From Phycisphaerales bacterium (GTDB lineage Bacteria > Planctomycetota > Phycisphaerae > WQYP01): DNA of 64,000 nucleotides. Positions 49,895 through 60,083 of this stretch are shown here, one piece after another. A program made the position numbers and the translations under genes. Numbering within the stretch: position 1 is the stretch's first letter; each line of letters starts with the position of its first letter. The stretch lies in assembly GCA_027451365.1 (NCBI GenBank), contig DAIDJN010000011.1:1-64000 (forward strand), read 5' to 3'. Below the pieces are notes generated by a model. That model saw nothing but the letters and a program-made list of their open reading frames with translations. It was not told where the DNA came from and did no database searches.

Positions 49895-51682
49895 ATGACA
49901 TCCCCGGAATCTGGGCATGCAAATATGGAAACCGCCGCCGCGGTTGCGACTTCTCCCGCCACGACCGGCCTTCGCCCGGCCGCTGCGCCCCGGCTGACCG
50001 ACTATATTGACCACGCCACGCTCCAGGACATCCAGGATTCACTGGCATCTGTGGCGGGAGTCAAAGCCACGATTTTGAATCAGGAAGGCGTGGCGCTGAC
50101 ACAGACCACGCTTAGCACGCGCTTTGTGTCCCGATCAGCCGCCATTGCCGAAGCGCGAAATCAGAAAGGGGACGCCGATCTCGACCAGCCATTCTCCGCC
50201 CCAATCATGGTCAATGGCGTGCGTTTTGGCAGCATTGTCATTGAACCGGCGAAGGCCGCGCCGCTGCGCGCCGCAGCGGTAAAAGAGCTTTCCGAAAAGC
50301 TGAATCTGCCGCCCGCGCAGGTGCGAACACTGGTGGAGGCCCTGAACCAGGAAAGCCTCCTTCGTCGCACGGCAAGTGTGCAGTTTCTTTATCTTATGGC
50401 CAACGCCATTTCCCGGCTTTGCGCCCAGGAGATGCAGCTTCGCCGCAGGATTATGGAGTTATCAACATTATTTAATGTTTCTCGACTTCTGTCCGACGCC
50501 CGCGGCCTTCAACAGACGCTCGACCGTGTCACTTCGGCTGTGGTGGACGCCATGGACGCCAAAGCCTGTTCCTTAAGGCTTCTGGATGAACAGCGCGAAG
50601 AACTGCTGATTAAAAGCGTGCATAACCTATCGACGGGCTATTTGAAAAAAGGCCCCATTTCACTGGGTAACAGCGGCGTGGATCGCGAAGCCCTGACCGG
50701 CAAATCCGTTTACATAGGAGATATGGCAACCGACCCGCGGGTGGCCTATCCGGAAGATGCTCGCCGGGAAGGCATTGCTTCCATGCTTTGCACCGCCATG
50801 ATGTACCGCGGCCACCCCATCGGCGTGTTGCGCGTTTATACCGCCGCCACAAGGGAATTCAGTGATTTTGATGTAAGCCTGCTTGAATCCATCGCCTCCC
50901 AGGCCGCCGCCGCCATTGAAAACGCCCGCCTGGCCCATGAGGCGCTGGAAAATGAGCAACTTCAGCGGCAGGTGCAGATTGCCGCCGAAGTGCAGCGTCG
51001 CATGATTCCGCAGGAATCTCCCAAGGCCGCGGGATTTGATATTTCCGCGCTGTATGTTCCCTGCTTTGAACTGGGCGGCGATTTTTACGATTTTATTCCC
51101 TTCGGCAATGGCAGCCTGGGAATAGCCGTGGCTGATGTGGTCGGCAAGGGCCTGCCAGCATCTCTCCTGATGGCCAGCGTGCGCGCCGCCGTGCGCGCCC
51201 ACGCCATTGACATTTACGATCTGGATGAAATTATTTCGCGAGTGAACCGCGCCGTCTGTGCGGATACCCGCAGCAACGAATTTGTCACACTCTGGTATGG
51301 GGTGCTGAATTTTGCCGCACGGCAGCTTACCTGCAGCACCGCCGGTCACGAACCACCTCTCCTGGTCCGCGCCGGTCAGATTCGCGAATTAAACGCCGGC
51401 GGCATGGTCGTAGGTGTGCTGCCGGACGAAATTTACAGCAAGGAAGTGGTTCAACTGCAGACCGGCGATGTCCTTTTTGTTTATACGGATGGTCTGACCG
51501 ATGCCATGAATTTTGGTGGCGAAAACTTCGGCAAACCGCGAATCCGCGATTCCCTTCTGCGGCATTTGCACCTGCCCGCCGAGCAGATATGCCGCCAGAT
51601 GATGTGGGAAACCCGCCGTTTCGTCGGCCTTAACCGCCGCACCGACGACACCACCATGGTTGTCGTCAAGGTTACCGGCTGA
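49895..51682 (+). CDS. PocR-like + GAF + SpoIIE/PP2C phosphatase (RsbU-like)
   Basis: LQDIQDSLASVAGV PocR-like start, GAF domain, and GGDFYD, ADVVGKG, AGHEPP, YTDGLTDA, DDTT. Confidence 0.9.
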   Translation: MTSPESGHANMETAAAVATSPATTGLRPAAAPRLTDYIDHATLQDIQDSLASVAGVKATILNQEGVALTQTTLSTRFVSRSAAIAEARNQKGDADLDQPFSAPIMVNGVRFGSIVIEPAKAAPLRAAAVKELSEKLNLPPAQVRTLVEALNQESLLRRTASVQFLYLMANAISRLCAQEMQLRRRIMELSTLFNVSRLLSDARGLQQTLDRVTSAVVDAMDAKACSLRLLDEQREELLIKSVHNLSTGYLKKGPISLGNSGVDREALTGKSVYIGDMATDPRVAYPEDARREGIASMLCTAMMYRGHPIGVLRVYTAATREFSDFDVSLLESIASQAAAAIENARLAHEALENEQLQRQVQIAAEVQRRMIPQESPKAAGFDISALYVPCFELGGDFYDFIPFGNGSLGIAVADVVGKGLPASLLMASVRAAVRAHAIDIYDLDEIISRVNRAVCADTRSNEFVTLWYGVLNFAARQLTCSTAGHEPPLLVRAGQIRELNAGGMVVGVLPDEIYSKEVVQLQTGDVLFVYTDGLTDAMNFGGENFGKPRIRDSLLRHLHLPAEQICRQMMWETRRFVGLNRRTDDTTMVVVKVTG

Positions 51683-51727
51683 TTTTTTTGCCTCTGGAAG
51701 GACTGGCCGCGCGGGCCGCGCTACCGT

Positions 51728-53200
51728 ATGTTGAACAACATGAAACTGCGGCTGCATTTCCGCCAAATCCCACTGCCGGCCGATGATACCGTCGGAATGC
51801 CGCGAGCGATTCTTGCGGTCCAGCCGCACGAGCCTGACACCGCAGCGGAAGTTGCCCTGTTGTACGATCCGGCGGGCAGATCCGTTCTGGCCACCCATCC
51901 GCTGGTGACGCTTCAAGCAAATCGCACGCGGGCGGCCTGTTTTTTTTCCAGCACCACCCATCGGCCTTATGCATCGCGCGCCGCCAGTGCAACACCCGAC
52001 CCATCCGTATCGATTCAAACCGCGCTCCAGCAATGGCAGGCGGCCATGGATGGTATTGAATTAATGGCCGACGAACCGCTGCCCGATCTGTTCGGCTGGC
52101 TGGGCTGGATCAGTTACGATGCGGGTTTAATGCTGGAAAGTCCCGATATTTTCTCCAGTCTTCCACCACGACTCCCGCTTTTCCGCTGGCAGCTTTTCCG
52201 CGACTATTATATTTTTGACCATCGCAATCGTCGGGCGCAATTGCTGCACATATCCGCACACGATGCCCCAAATGCAGATGTCGCGCTTCGACGCATGGAA
52301 GATACCCTGCGAAGCGCCACAGGCGACAACGTTGCGTCCATAAATGGCCGGGCCGAATTGGTGGATCAGACACATCGCGCGGAATTTCAGCGGGCTGTGC
52401 AACGTACACTTGAATTCATCCGCGCCGGCGATATTTATCAGGCCAATATCGCCGCACGCTGGTGCATGAAGACCGATATCCCGCCGGCGGAACTTTTCGC
52501 CCGCATCAGCCATTTAAGCCCGGCACCCTATGGCGGCTTTTTCAGATTCCCGCACGACCACCAGTCGCACGCGATTCTTTCAGTCTCGCCGGAATTGTTT
52601 ATTGAACGCCGGGGCCGGAACTTGCGGACGCGTCCTATTAAGGGCACGCGGCCGCGTTATCCCGACCATCCGGCCGCAGACCTGACCGCGTCACGCGACC
52701 TGCTGCAAAGCCCCAAGGAACAGGCCGAATTAGCCATGATAGTGGACCTGCTGCGGAATGATCTGGGGCGCATCTGCCGGACCGGAAGCATCCGCGTCAC
52801 TGATCCGCGAATGCTCGAACAACACCCGACCGTATGGCATACCGTCGCGGAAATTTCCGGATTGCTTGACGCGGGCGCTTCCTGGGGCGACATCATTGCA
52901 GCCCTTTGCCCCGCCGGTTCGATCAGTGGCACGCCGAAAATCCGCGCCACTGAAATTATCGCGGAGTTGGAACAGACCCCGCGCGGAATTTACTGCGGCC
53001 ACATGGGATGGATCGGCCCCGCCGGAAACGGCACGCTGAATATCGCCATTCGCACGGCCCATCTGGCCGGGAATGAATTTGTCTTTCAGGGCGGTGCCGG
53101 AATTGTGGCCGAAAGTGAACCGGCCGCGGAATATGAGGAAGTACTGGCCAAGATTCGCGCCATGCTGACCATCGAACGGGCCAGGTCCGCACCACTTTGA
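51728..53200 (+). CDS. pabB: Anthranilate/aminodeoxychorismate synthase component I family (PabB-like)
   Basis: GDIYQAN, SPELF, TRPIKGTRPR, AELAMIVDLLRNDLG and LNIAIRT. PIKGT favours PabB. Confidence 0.8.
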   Translation: MLNNMKLRLHFRQIPLPADDTVGMPRAILAVQPHEPDTAAEVALLYDPAGRSVLATHPLVTLQANRTRAACFFSSTTHRPYASRAASATPDPSVSIQTALQQWQAAMDGIELMADEPLPDLFGWLGWISYDAGLMLESPDIFSSLPPRLPLFRWQLFRDYYIFDHRNRRAQLLHISAHDAPNADVALRRMEDTLRSATGDNVASINGRAELVDQTHRAEFQRAVQRTLEFIRAGDIYQANIAARWCMKTDIPPAELFARISHLSPAPYGGFFRFPHDHQSHAILSVSPELFIERRGRNLRTRPIKGTRPRYPDHPAADLTASRDLLQSPKEQAELAMIVDLLRNDLGRICRTGSIRVTDPRMLEQHPTVWHTVAEISGLLDAGASWGDIIAALCPAGSISGTPKIRATEIIAELEQTPRGIYCGHMGWIGPAGNGTLNIAIRTAHLAGNEFVFQGGAGIVAESEPAAEYEEVLAKIRAMLTIERARSAPL

Positions 53201-53331
53201 TTTAGCCGGCAGTTGCGGATGGAATGAAATACTTGATATTCGCACGTAAACGCATTAGCATCTTTTGCATACCCCGGGGATGCGCGGAGAATCAATCCGT
53301 ATGCCTATTATGTCATTTTTTGGAGTAGCCA

Positions 53332-54192
53332 ATGGCTGGAATTAGAAGCGTTATTTCCACTCTGGCGACCAACGGCGAAGAGGTGATGGGACCGGACACA
53401 ATTCTCTGGCACTATCCAAGCAACGACATAATGAATGGATCGCTGCTGACGGTGGAAAGCAATCATTTCTGCGTGCTCAAATCCCGTGGTGCCATTCTTA
53501 ACGTCTATGAGACCGGTCAATTCCCGGTTGAGACTCCGCAGCGCCCGCTCATCGGTTCAATACAGCAGGCGTTCTACGGCGGACAAAGCCCATGGCAGTA
53601 CGAGGCGCTTTACATCAATAAGGCGAAGCTTGTGGTGCAGACACAGGGGCTTGCACTATCCAGAGAAATGGCGGAAATGACCTACAATGTGGACTATTAC
53701 GTTCATGTTGACACGAAGGAGGATGCCATTGCCCTGGTCCAGCATATGCCCTACCGCGGCCACTCACTGACCACCAAAGACCTTAATTCTTACGCTGGAC
53801 CGGTGGTGGAACAGGCTATCAATCAGATGATTCAGCTTACGCCGCTGGAATCGGTCAATGAAAAAATTGCGGATTTGACCCAATTGGTATTTGGACATCT
53901 GCAGGACTTTCTTAAAACTTACGGTATTTCATTAAATACTGTTAAAGTGTTGGTGCATCCGGCCGACCCGCGGATGAAGGCGTTAATCGCATTAAAGGCA
54001 TTCGGACTCAACGAAAAAGAAGCTGTCCGATATTACACTGCCATGCTGATGGCGGAAAAGGGCATCATCAGCGCGCCGAACATGGCCGTTGGCCTGCCGT
54101 TCAACATCGGCTTCGCCGTACCGGGCATGGGCATGGACTTGCCTTCCGGAGCCGCCAACACAGCGGAATCGACCGGGGCGGCCAGCGCATAG
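53332..54192 (+). CDS. SPFH/band-7-like domain protein
   Basis: ILWHYP..I.NGSLLTVESNHFCV...G..L.VYETG N-terminus resembles YdjI-like SPFH proteins. Confidence 0.7.
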   Translation: MAGIRSVISTLATNGEEVMGPDTILWHYPSNDIMNGSLLTVESNHFCVLKSRGAILNVYETGQFPVETPQRPLIGSIQQAFYGGQSPWQYEALYINKAKLVVQTQGLALSREMAEMTYNVDYYVHVDTKEDAIALVQHMPYRGHSLTTKDLNSYAGPVVEQAINQMIQLTPLESVNEKIADLTQLVFGHLQDFLKTYGISLNTVKVLVHPADPRMKALIALKAFGLNEKEAVRYYTAMLMAEKGIISAPNMAVGLPFNIGFAVPGMGMDLPSGAANTAESTGAASA

Positions 54193-54264
54193 GAAAACCC
54201 GGCCCCTCGCTTGAATCGGCAGACCATCCGACTGGCCCATCTCATCGGCTTTTGGAGGTTGTAC

Positions 54265-54810
54265 ATGACCGAAATAACCAGCCCGCTGTTGCAAAAGCTT
54301 GACCTCATGCTGCTGGGGGATGGCTTTAATTTCTACCGCGCGGAAAATCGGCTGCGCGCCGACGATCTGCTGGTCCGCCAGAAAGCCTGTGCGCCGCTGG
54401 GTGATGCCGCGCGGCGCATCGGCGAACTTGCTATTGAATTTCAGAATAACCACATCCCCGCACCCACACGGGACCAACCCTATCCGCCTGCCGAATTAAC
54501 AGCCATCCTGCGGCAGCTTACCGAACTGCGAGCACGCATTTCAGGCATGGCTGCGCGCATACAGGGTCTGCCAGCGCCCGCCCAGGACCGGATATGGCGG
54601 CGGTTCAGGAACGAACAGGGGCTGCTGGAACAACTTCTGGTCGCGGACGCGGATATGCTTGAAAATTCGGGCCATATTCAGCGGCTCTGCGCCGCACTGA
54701 CCTGTCCGGAGTTAAAAAGCCCCGTGGCCGGAATGGCTATTTCCAATGCGCTGGACCAGTTGGATACCGCCTGCAACCGGCGGAGGTCCCTTCTGGAAAT
54801 ACCCGGATAA
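54265..54810 (+). CDS. Alpha-helical hypothetical protein (FNFYRAENRLRADDLLVR motif)
   Basis: ATG after GGAGG; 181 aa helical ORF directly after the SPFH gene. Confidence 0.7.
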   Translation: MTEITSPLLQKLDLMLLGDGFNFYRAENRLRADDLLVRQKACAPLGDAARRIGELAIEFQNNHIPAPTRDQPYPPAELTAILRQLTELRARISGMAARIQGLPAPAQDRIWRRFRNEQGLLEQLLVADADMLENSGHIQRLCAALTCPELKSPVAGMAISNALDQLDTACNRRRSLLEIPG

Positions 54811-55275
54811 ACAAGCAAGTGAAAGGCCCTGTATCTTCGCAGCCGTGATCTTACCCAGGATATTGGCGCCAGGATTGGTTGCGGCACGGCCGCGATGCGT
54901 CATCCGTAGCGCAACACGTTCCGCCGGCGCGCCGCGAGACGGGCATACACCGCCAAATAGCACCGGAATGCTGAAAACCGTCCAATATTTCGGTCTTGTT
55001 TAAGCAGTGCAACAAAAATGGGGTAGACTTCACGCTGGCCTGTTCGTCAGGCCAGCCTGGAGCAACCGCAATTTCGGCTCGCAAACCGCATACAGTACTG
55101 ATGATTCAAAAGCCATGCGGCCGACTTTTCCCTGCCGCCACCGACAGTTTCCATGGTACCGGGCCGCACCCGCCATCCGCTGATAAAATTATTTTTGCCT
55201 TGAAAATGATGGACGCAATGGTATCCTGAACGGCTTGCTTTCGGCGCAGCCGGAGGTGCGTGACTGGAGTCTGCC

Positions 55276-56169
55276 GTGGACATACCCATGGATCCTGGCG
55301 TGCTGGAAAAAGCCGGCACGCTCATTGAAGCACTGGGCTACATCCAGCGTTTCAATGAAAAAATTGTTGTCGTCAAACTCGGCGGTTCCTTCATGGACAC
55401 CCAGACCGAGTTGAGAAAAGTCCTTACAGACATCGTCTTTATGCGCGCTGTGGGTATGAAACCCATCGTGGTCCATGGCGGGGGCAAGGCCATCACTCAG
55501 GCCATGACCGATGCCGGGCTTAAAACTCAGTTTGTCATGGGACGCCGCTACACCGACGACCGCACCCTGGCCATTGCCGAACATGTGCTGATCAACGATA
55601 TTAACACGTTTATTGTGGCCACCATTAATTCACTTGGCGGAAAGGCCATGCCGCTGCATTCGCTGGGCAGCGCGGTACTGTTCGGTGAAAAGCTTTTTCT
55701 CCCTGGGCAGGATGGCCAGCGGGTGGACATAGGCCGCGTCGGCCAGGTGACCAGTGTAAATTCCGAACTGCTGCGGGCGCTGACCCAGGCGGATTTCATA
55801 CCCGTTATTGCGCCAATTGCGCTGGATTCCTCGGGCGGAAAATTGAATGTCAACGCGGATACCGCCGCCGGCTTTGTGGCCGCCGCCATCTCCGCTGAGA
55901 AAATGGTGCTCGTGTCGGATACCCACGGTATCCGCCGCACCCGGGATGACGCCCATTCGCTGGTGCGCAGTATCACCCGTCGCGAAATTGAATCGCTGGT
56001 CGCCGAAGGCCAAATTGGCGAAGGCATGCTGCCCAAGGTGGAAGCCTGCTTTATCGCCCTTGATGGAAGTGTCAACAAAACCCACATTATTGATGGACGA
56101 TTTCCCCATTCCCTGCTTTTGGAAATATTTTCTGATATGGGAGTGGGCACGGAAATTGTCCGCGGCTAA
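55276..56169 (+). CDS. argB: Acetylglutamate kinase
   Basis: VVKLGG, VVHGGG, NVNADTAA, GMLPKV and HIIDGR. Confidence 0.96.
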   Translation: MDIPMDPGVLEKAGTLIEALGYIQRFNEKIVVVKLGGSFMDTQTELRKVLTDIVFMRAVGMKPIVVHGGGKAITQAMTDAGLKTQFVMGRRYTDDRTLAIAEHVLINDINTFIVATINSLGGKAMPLHSLGSAVLFGEKLFLPGQDGQRVDIGRVGQVTSVNSELLRALTQADFIPVIAPIALDSSGGKLNVNADTAAGFVAAAISAEKMVLVSDTHGIRRTRDDAHSLVRSITRREIESLVAEGQIGEGMLPKVEACFIALDGSVNKTHIIDGRFPHSLLLEIFSDMGVGTEIVRG

Positions 56170-56191
56170 ACCGGAATATGAATTCGTTTTC

Positions 56192-56223
56192 AGGCCGAAG
56201 GATGCCATCCGGCGGCCTTTTTT
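56192..56223 (+). terminator. Terminator-like hairpin between argB and argF
   Basis: AGGCCG..GGATG/CATCC..CGGCCT followed by a T tract. Confidence 0.5.
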
Positions 56224-56244
56224 AATTTGTTCGGAGCAAACCAC

Positions 56245-57198
56245 ATGACACGAGGCCAGCCCGCAAACAGCCCGCACAAAACCGATTTTATCGACATTCT
56301 GCCCACCGCCCGCCCCATGCTGGACCGTTTTCTCAGCGTGGCCCTGCGGCTGAAAAAGCAGTATCTGACGACCGGCCGCAACGAACCCTTGGCCGCGGGC
56401 AAAGTGCTGGCCATGATATTCGAAAAGCCATCGCTGCGCACCCGGGTGAGCTTTGATGTGGCCATGCATCATCTTGGCGGCAGCGCGATTTATATTTCGC
56501 CCAATGAAATCGGACTCGGTGTGCGGGAAAGTGTCCCGGATGCGGCACGCGTACTTTCCGGATTTTGCGACGCGATTATGGCCCGCACCTTCGCCCATGC
56601 CACCATTGAAGGACTTGCCCACCACAGCCGCCGACCAGTCATAAACGGTTTAAGTGATCACAGCCACCCCTGCCAAGTCATGGCGGACATCATGACGATT
56701 CAGGAACATTTCGGCCATCTGGACGACCTGACGGTCGCCTATATCGGCGATGGCAATAATGTCGCCAGATCGCTGCTCGAAATCTGCGGACTCATGGGAA
56801 TCAAATTCCGCATTGCGGCACCCAAAGGGTATCAGCTTGATGAGTCCTCCATTGCCGCCGCCGGAAAAACAAGTCCGGGACTCGATTTTGCCGCCTGCCA
56901 CGACCCGCGGGAGGCGGTCAGTCACGCGGATGTTATTTATACGGATACCTGGATTTCCATGGGCCAGGAAGACCAGAAAGCCGCAAAACTCCCGATTTTC
57001 CAGCCCTATCAGATTAATCGCCAACTGCTTTCAGCCGCTCCGGGCCATGCGGTGGTCATGCATTGCCTGCCCGCTTACCGCGGTGTGGAAATTACCGATG
57101 AGGTTCTGGATGGCGAACAAAGCGTGGTGTTCGATCAGGCTGAAAATCGGCTGCATTTTCAGAAAGGACTTCTGGCGGTCTTAATCGGCGGCCAATAA
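56245..57198 (+). CDS. argF: Ornithine carbamoyltransferase
   Basis: FEKPSLRTRVSF, HPCQ, YTDTWISMGQE, HCLPA and QAENRLH. Confidence 0.96.
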   Translation: MTRGQPANSPHKTDFIDILPTARPMLDRFLSVALRLKKQYLTTGRNEPLAAGKVLAMIFEKPSLRTRVSFDVAMHHLGGSAIYISPNEIGLGVRESVPDAARVLSGFCDAIMARTFAHATIEGLAHHSRRPVINGLSDHSHPCQVMADIMTIQEHFGHLDDLTVAYIGDGNNVARSLLEICGLMGIKFRIAAPKGYQLDESSIAAAGKTSPGLDFAACHDPREAVSHADVIYTDTWISMGQEDQKAAKLPIFQPYQINRQLLSAAPGHAVVMHCLPAYRGVEITDEVLDGEQSVVFDQAENRLHFQKGLLAVLIGGQ

Positions 57199-57297
57199 TT
57201 TTGACCCGGCTATTGTTCGTCTCACTCATTGCCGATCGCGCCGCGATCCCCTGCGACTCGCGGCTGTAACCCGCAAACCGCACTTATGGAGTTTTTT

Positions 57298-58026
57298 ATG
57301 CCGAAATTCACGCTCCGTCACGACGGCCGGAAGCCCGATGAAATGCGTCCCGTCCGCATCACCCGCCATTTCACATCCCACGCGGGCGGGTCCGTATTGA
57401 TGGCTTTCGGTCAAACACGGGTGCTTTGCACTGCCATGATTGAACCGGGTGTTCCCCCCTGGCTGGCCGGCAAAGGCCGAGGCTGGCTTACTGCGGAATA
57501 TGCGATGCTGCCATCGTCCACGCATTCCCGTAAAAAGCGCGACAGCGGAAAGCCGGACGGCCGTAGCGTGGAAATTCAGCGGCTGGTCGGCCGGGCCTTG
57601 CGCGGAGTGGTAAATTTAGAAAAGCTTGGTGAAAACACACTCTGGCTTGATTGCGACGTGTTGCAGGCCGACGGCGGCACACGCACCGCCGCCATTACGG
57701 GGGCTTATGTAGCCCTGTGCGATGCCGTGACGGCCGCCCGCCGAGGCGGCATACTGAAGGAAAGCCCCCTTACCGGGCAAATCGCCGCTGTCAGTGTGGG
57801 GCTTGTGCAGGGCCGGCCTGTGCTGGATCTGGACTATCCGGAAGATTCCAATGCCGATGCCGATATGAACGTCGCGATGCTGGCCACCGGGGCCTTGCTG
57901 GATGTTCAGGCCACCGGTGAAAAGACCGCCTTCACGCCGCGGCAGCTTGCCCGCATGCTGACCATCGCGACGGCGGGCATCCGGCAACTGCATCGGCTGC
58001 AAAATCGGGCGATTAAAAGCCGATAA
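57298..58026 (+). CDS. rph: Ribonuclease PH
   Basis: GWLTAEYAMLP, EIQRLVGRALR, DVLQADGGTRTA and LDLDYPEDS. Confidence 0.97.
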   Translation: MPKFTLRHDGRKPDEMRPVRITRHFTSHAGGSVLMAFGQTRVLCTAMIEPGVPPWLAGKGRGWLTAEYAMLPSSTHSRKKRDSGKPDGRSVEIQRLVGRALRGVVNLEKLGENTLWLDCDVLQADGGTRTAAITGAYVALCDAVTAARRGGILKESPLTGQIAAVSVGLVQGRPVLDLDYPEDSNADADMNVAMLATGALLDVQATGEKTAFTPRQLARMLTIATAGIRQLHRLQNRAIKSR

Positions 58027-58159
58027 ACTGTCCGACAACCTGCAGCCGGCACCCGCCAGCCTGTACCGGCGTTTGACCGCTTACGCCAATAAATTTCACA
58101 GCGATATGGCCGCGATTATCCATCAGGTATAGAATAACAGCAGTAAACCAAACGCGGCG

Positions 58160-59158
58160 ATGGTCCGGCGAATGTCCGACTATCCGACGTCGACGTTAAA
58201 CCCGGCACCGCTAAAAATTTTCGTTGGCGCCGCACAGGAGTCCGGCAAAAGTATGGACATGCAACCAGATAAAAATGCTCCTCCCGCGGCCTTAGTCGCC
58301 GCCGGATCCGGTGCAGACTTAACTGCCGACGGATATCGCGGGTTCGGATGGATTGCGGCACTGGGCCGATCCACACGCGAATCCATTCAGGCCGTCGGCG
58401 ATTTTACCTGTTTTGTCGGCTCGGCGATCGGATGGATGTTGCGCGGCCCGGGCGGCCGCGCCATGCGCGATCTGATGCGGCAGATGTTTGAAATGGGGAC
58501 TCTGTCGATTCCCGTGGTCATGATAACCGGAGCATTCATCGGTGCCGTGCTGGCTATTGAAGCCTATCCACAATTCGCCGCCATCGGCATCGCTTCGCGC
58601 CTTGGCTCGGTTATTGTCGTGAGCGTCGTCAAACAGACCGGCCCGATTCTGACGGCTGTCATGCTTGCCGGCCGCGTGGGCGGCGCAATGACGGCTGAAC
58701 TCGGCACCATGAAAGTCACCGAACAGATAGACGCCTTACGTGCGATGGCCGCGGATCCCGTGCGAACGCTGGTGGTGCCGCGCATACTCGCTTGCGTCAT
58801 TATGACGCCGATTCTTACCATGTATTCCGATGCCCTTGGAATCTGGGGAGGCTGGCTTATTTCTGTCGGCGTGGATGGCGTACGGAACTATTCCTTCTGG
58901 CACTATGCCGCCGCCGGAACCGATTTATTCACGGTGAATGTCGGACTTATTAAAAGTCTGATTTTTGGAATGGTCATTGCCAGCATCGCATGTTACAAAG
59001 GATTCCGCTGCGGCAACGGTGCCCGCGGCGTGGGACAGGCCTGCACCGAGAGTTTCGTGGCCAGCTTTATTCTGATTCTGCTGACGAATTTTGTCATGGC
59101 GGTCATGTTGAATAATTTTTACAACTGGTTCTGGCCCAATCAGCCCAGCCTGTTGTAA
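58160..59158 (+). CDS. mlaE: MlaE-family ABC permease
   Basis: GPILTAVMLAGRVGGAMTAELGTMKVTEQIDALRAM; true start may be ~58253. Confidence 0.92.
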   Translation: MVRRMSDYPTSTLNPAPLKIFVGAAQESGKSMDMQPDKNAPPAALVAAGSGADLTADGYRGFGWIAALGRSTRESIQAVGDFTCFVGSAIGWMLRGPGGRAMRDLMRQMFEMGTLSIPVVMITGAFIGAVLAIEAYPQFAAIGIASRLGSVIVVSVVKQTGPILTAVMLAGRVGGAMTAELGTMKVTEQIDALRAMAADPVRTLVVPRILACVIMTPILTMYSDALGIWGGWLISVGVDGVRNYSFWHYAAAGTDLFTVNVGLIKSLIFGMVIASIACYKGFRCGNGARGVGQACTESFVASFILILLTNFVMAVMLNNFYNWFWPNQPSLL

Positions 59159-59211
59159 ACCCCGCTAACGCATCGCGGCGCGGCACGCCGCACGCCGACT
59201 GGTCAGCATGA

Positions 59212-60027
59212 ATGGATGCAAATACTATGGGTGATCCAAACACAGCAACCCGGTCATTGTCTGACCCGATTATTCGTTTTGAAAATGTACACAAACGCTT
59301 CGGCCCGCTGGTGGTGCTGGATGGCATGTCGCTGGATATTCCCCGCGACCGCACCACCGTTATTCTGGGGCCTTCAGGCGTAGGCAAGTCAGTACTGCTC
59401 AAGCATATTGTCGGGCTGCTGCGGCCGGATTCGGGAAAAATATTCTTCTGCAATCAGCGGATTGACCATCTTGGTGAACGGGACCTTGAGCCGTTCCGCA
59501 AGCGCATTGGCTTTCTGTTTCAGCTTGGCGCGCTGTTCGATTCCATGCGGGTCGGAGAAAACGTCGCATTTCCAATCCTTAAGCAAGGGGGAAAAACGCC
59601 TGACGAAATTCGCGACATTGTCCATGAAAAGCTCTCGGTCGTTGGAATGGAGGGAAGCGAAAAAAAGTGGCCCGCCGACCTGTCCGGCGGCCAGAAAAAG
59701 CGTGTCGCACTGGCCCGCGCGATTGCCATGAATCCAGAAGTAATACTATACGATGAACCGACCACCGGCCTGGACCCCATCCGTTCGGATGTGATTAATG
59801 AACTGATTCTTAAGCTTAAGGAAGAACTGGGCGTCACCGGTGTGGTGGTCACACATGATATGACCAGCGCTTTTAAGGTGGCCGATCAGATTGTGATGCT
59901 GTTTAACGGCAAAATTGTTACCCGCGGCACCGCCGATGAAATTCGCCATTGTCCGGATCCGGACGTTCAGCGATTCATACTGGGTCGCGCCAGTGAGGAA
60001 GACCTGCGGGCGCTCCATCGCATGTAA
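59212..60027 (+). CDS. mlaF: MlaF-family ABC ATP-binding protein
   Basis: GPSGVGKS, FQLGALFDSM, LSGGQKKRVALARA and YDEPTTGLDP. Confidence 0.9.
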   Translation: MDANTMGDPNTATRSLSDPIIRFENVHKRFGPLVVLDGMSLDIPRDRTTVILGPSGVGKSVLLKHIVGLLRPDSGKIFFCNQRIDHLGERDLEPFRKRIGFLFQLGALFDSMRVGENVAFPILKQGGKTPDEIRDIVHEKLSVVGMEGSEKKWPADLSGGQKKRVALARAIAMNPEVILYDEPTTGLDPIRSDVINELILKLKEELGVTGVVVTHDMTSAFKVADQIVMLFNGKIVTRGTADEIRHCPDPDVQRFILGRASEEDLRALHRM

Positions 60028-60083
60028 GCCGGATAAAACGAGGCCGTGGCGGCTCCATTGACCACTGGGCACGACTCCGACTT

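Noticed and set aside
55630..56625. 331-aa minus-strand ORF
   Set aside because: Antisense shadow of argB/argF.
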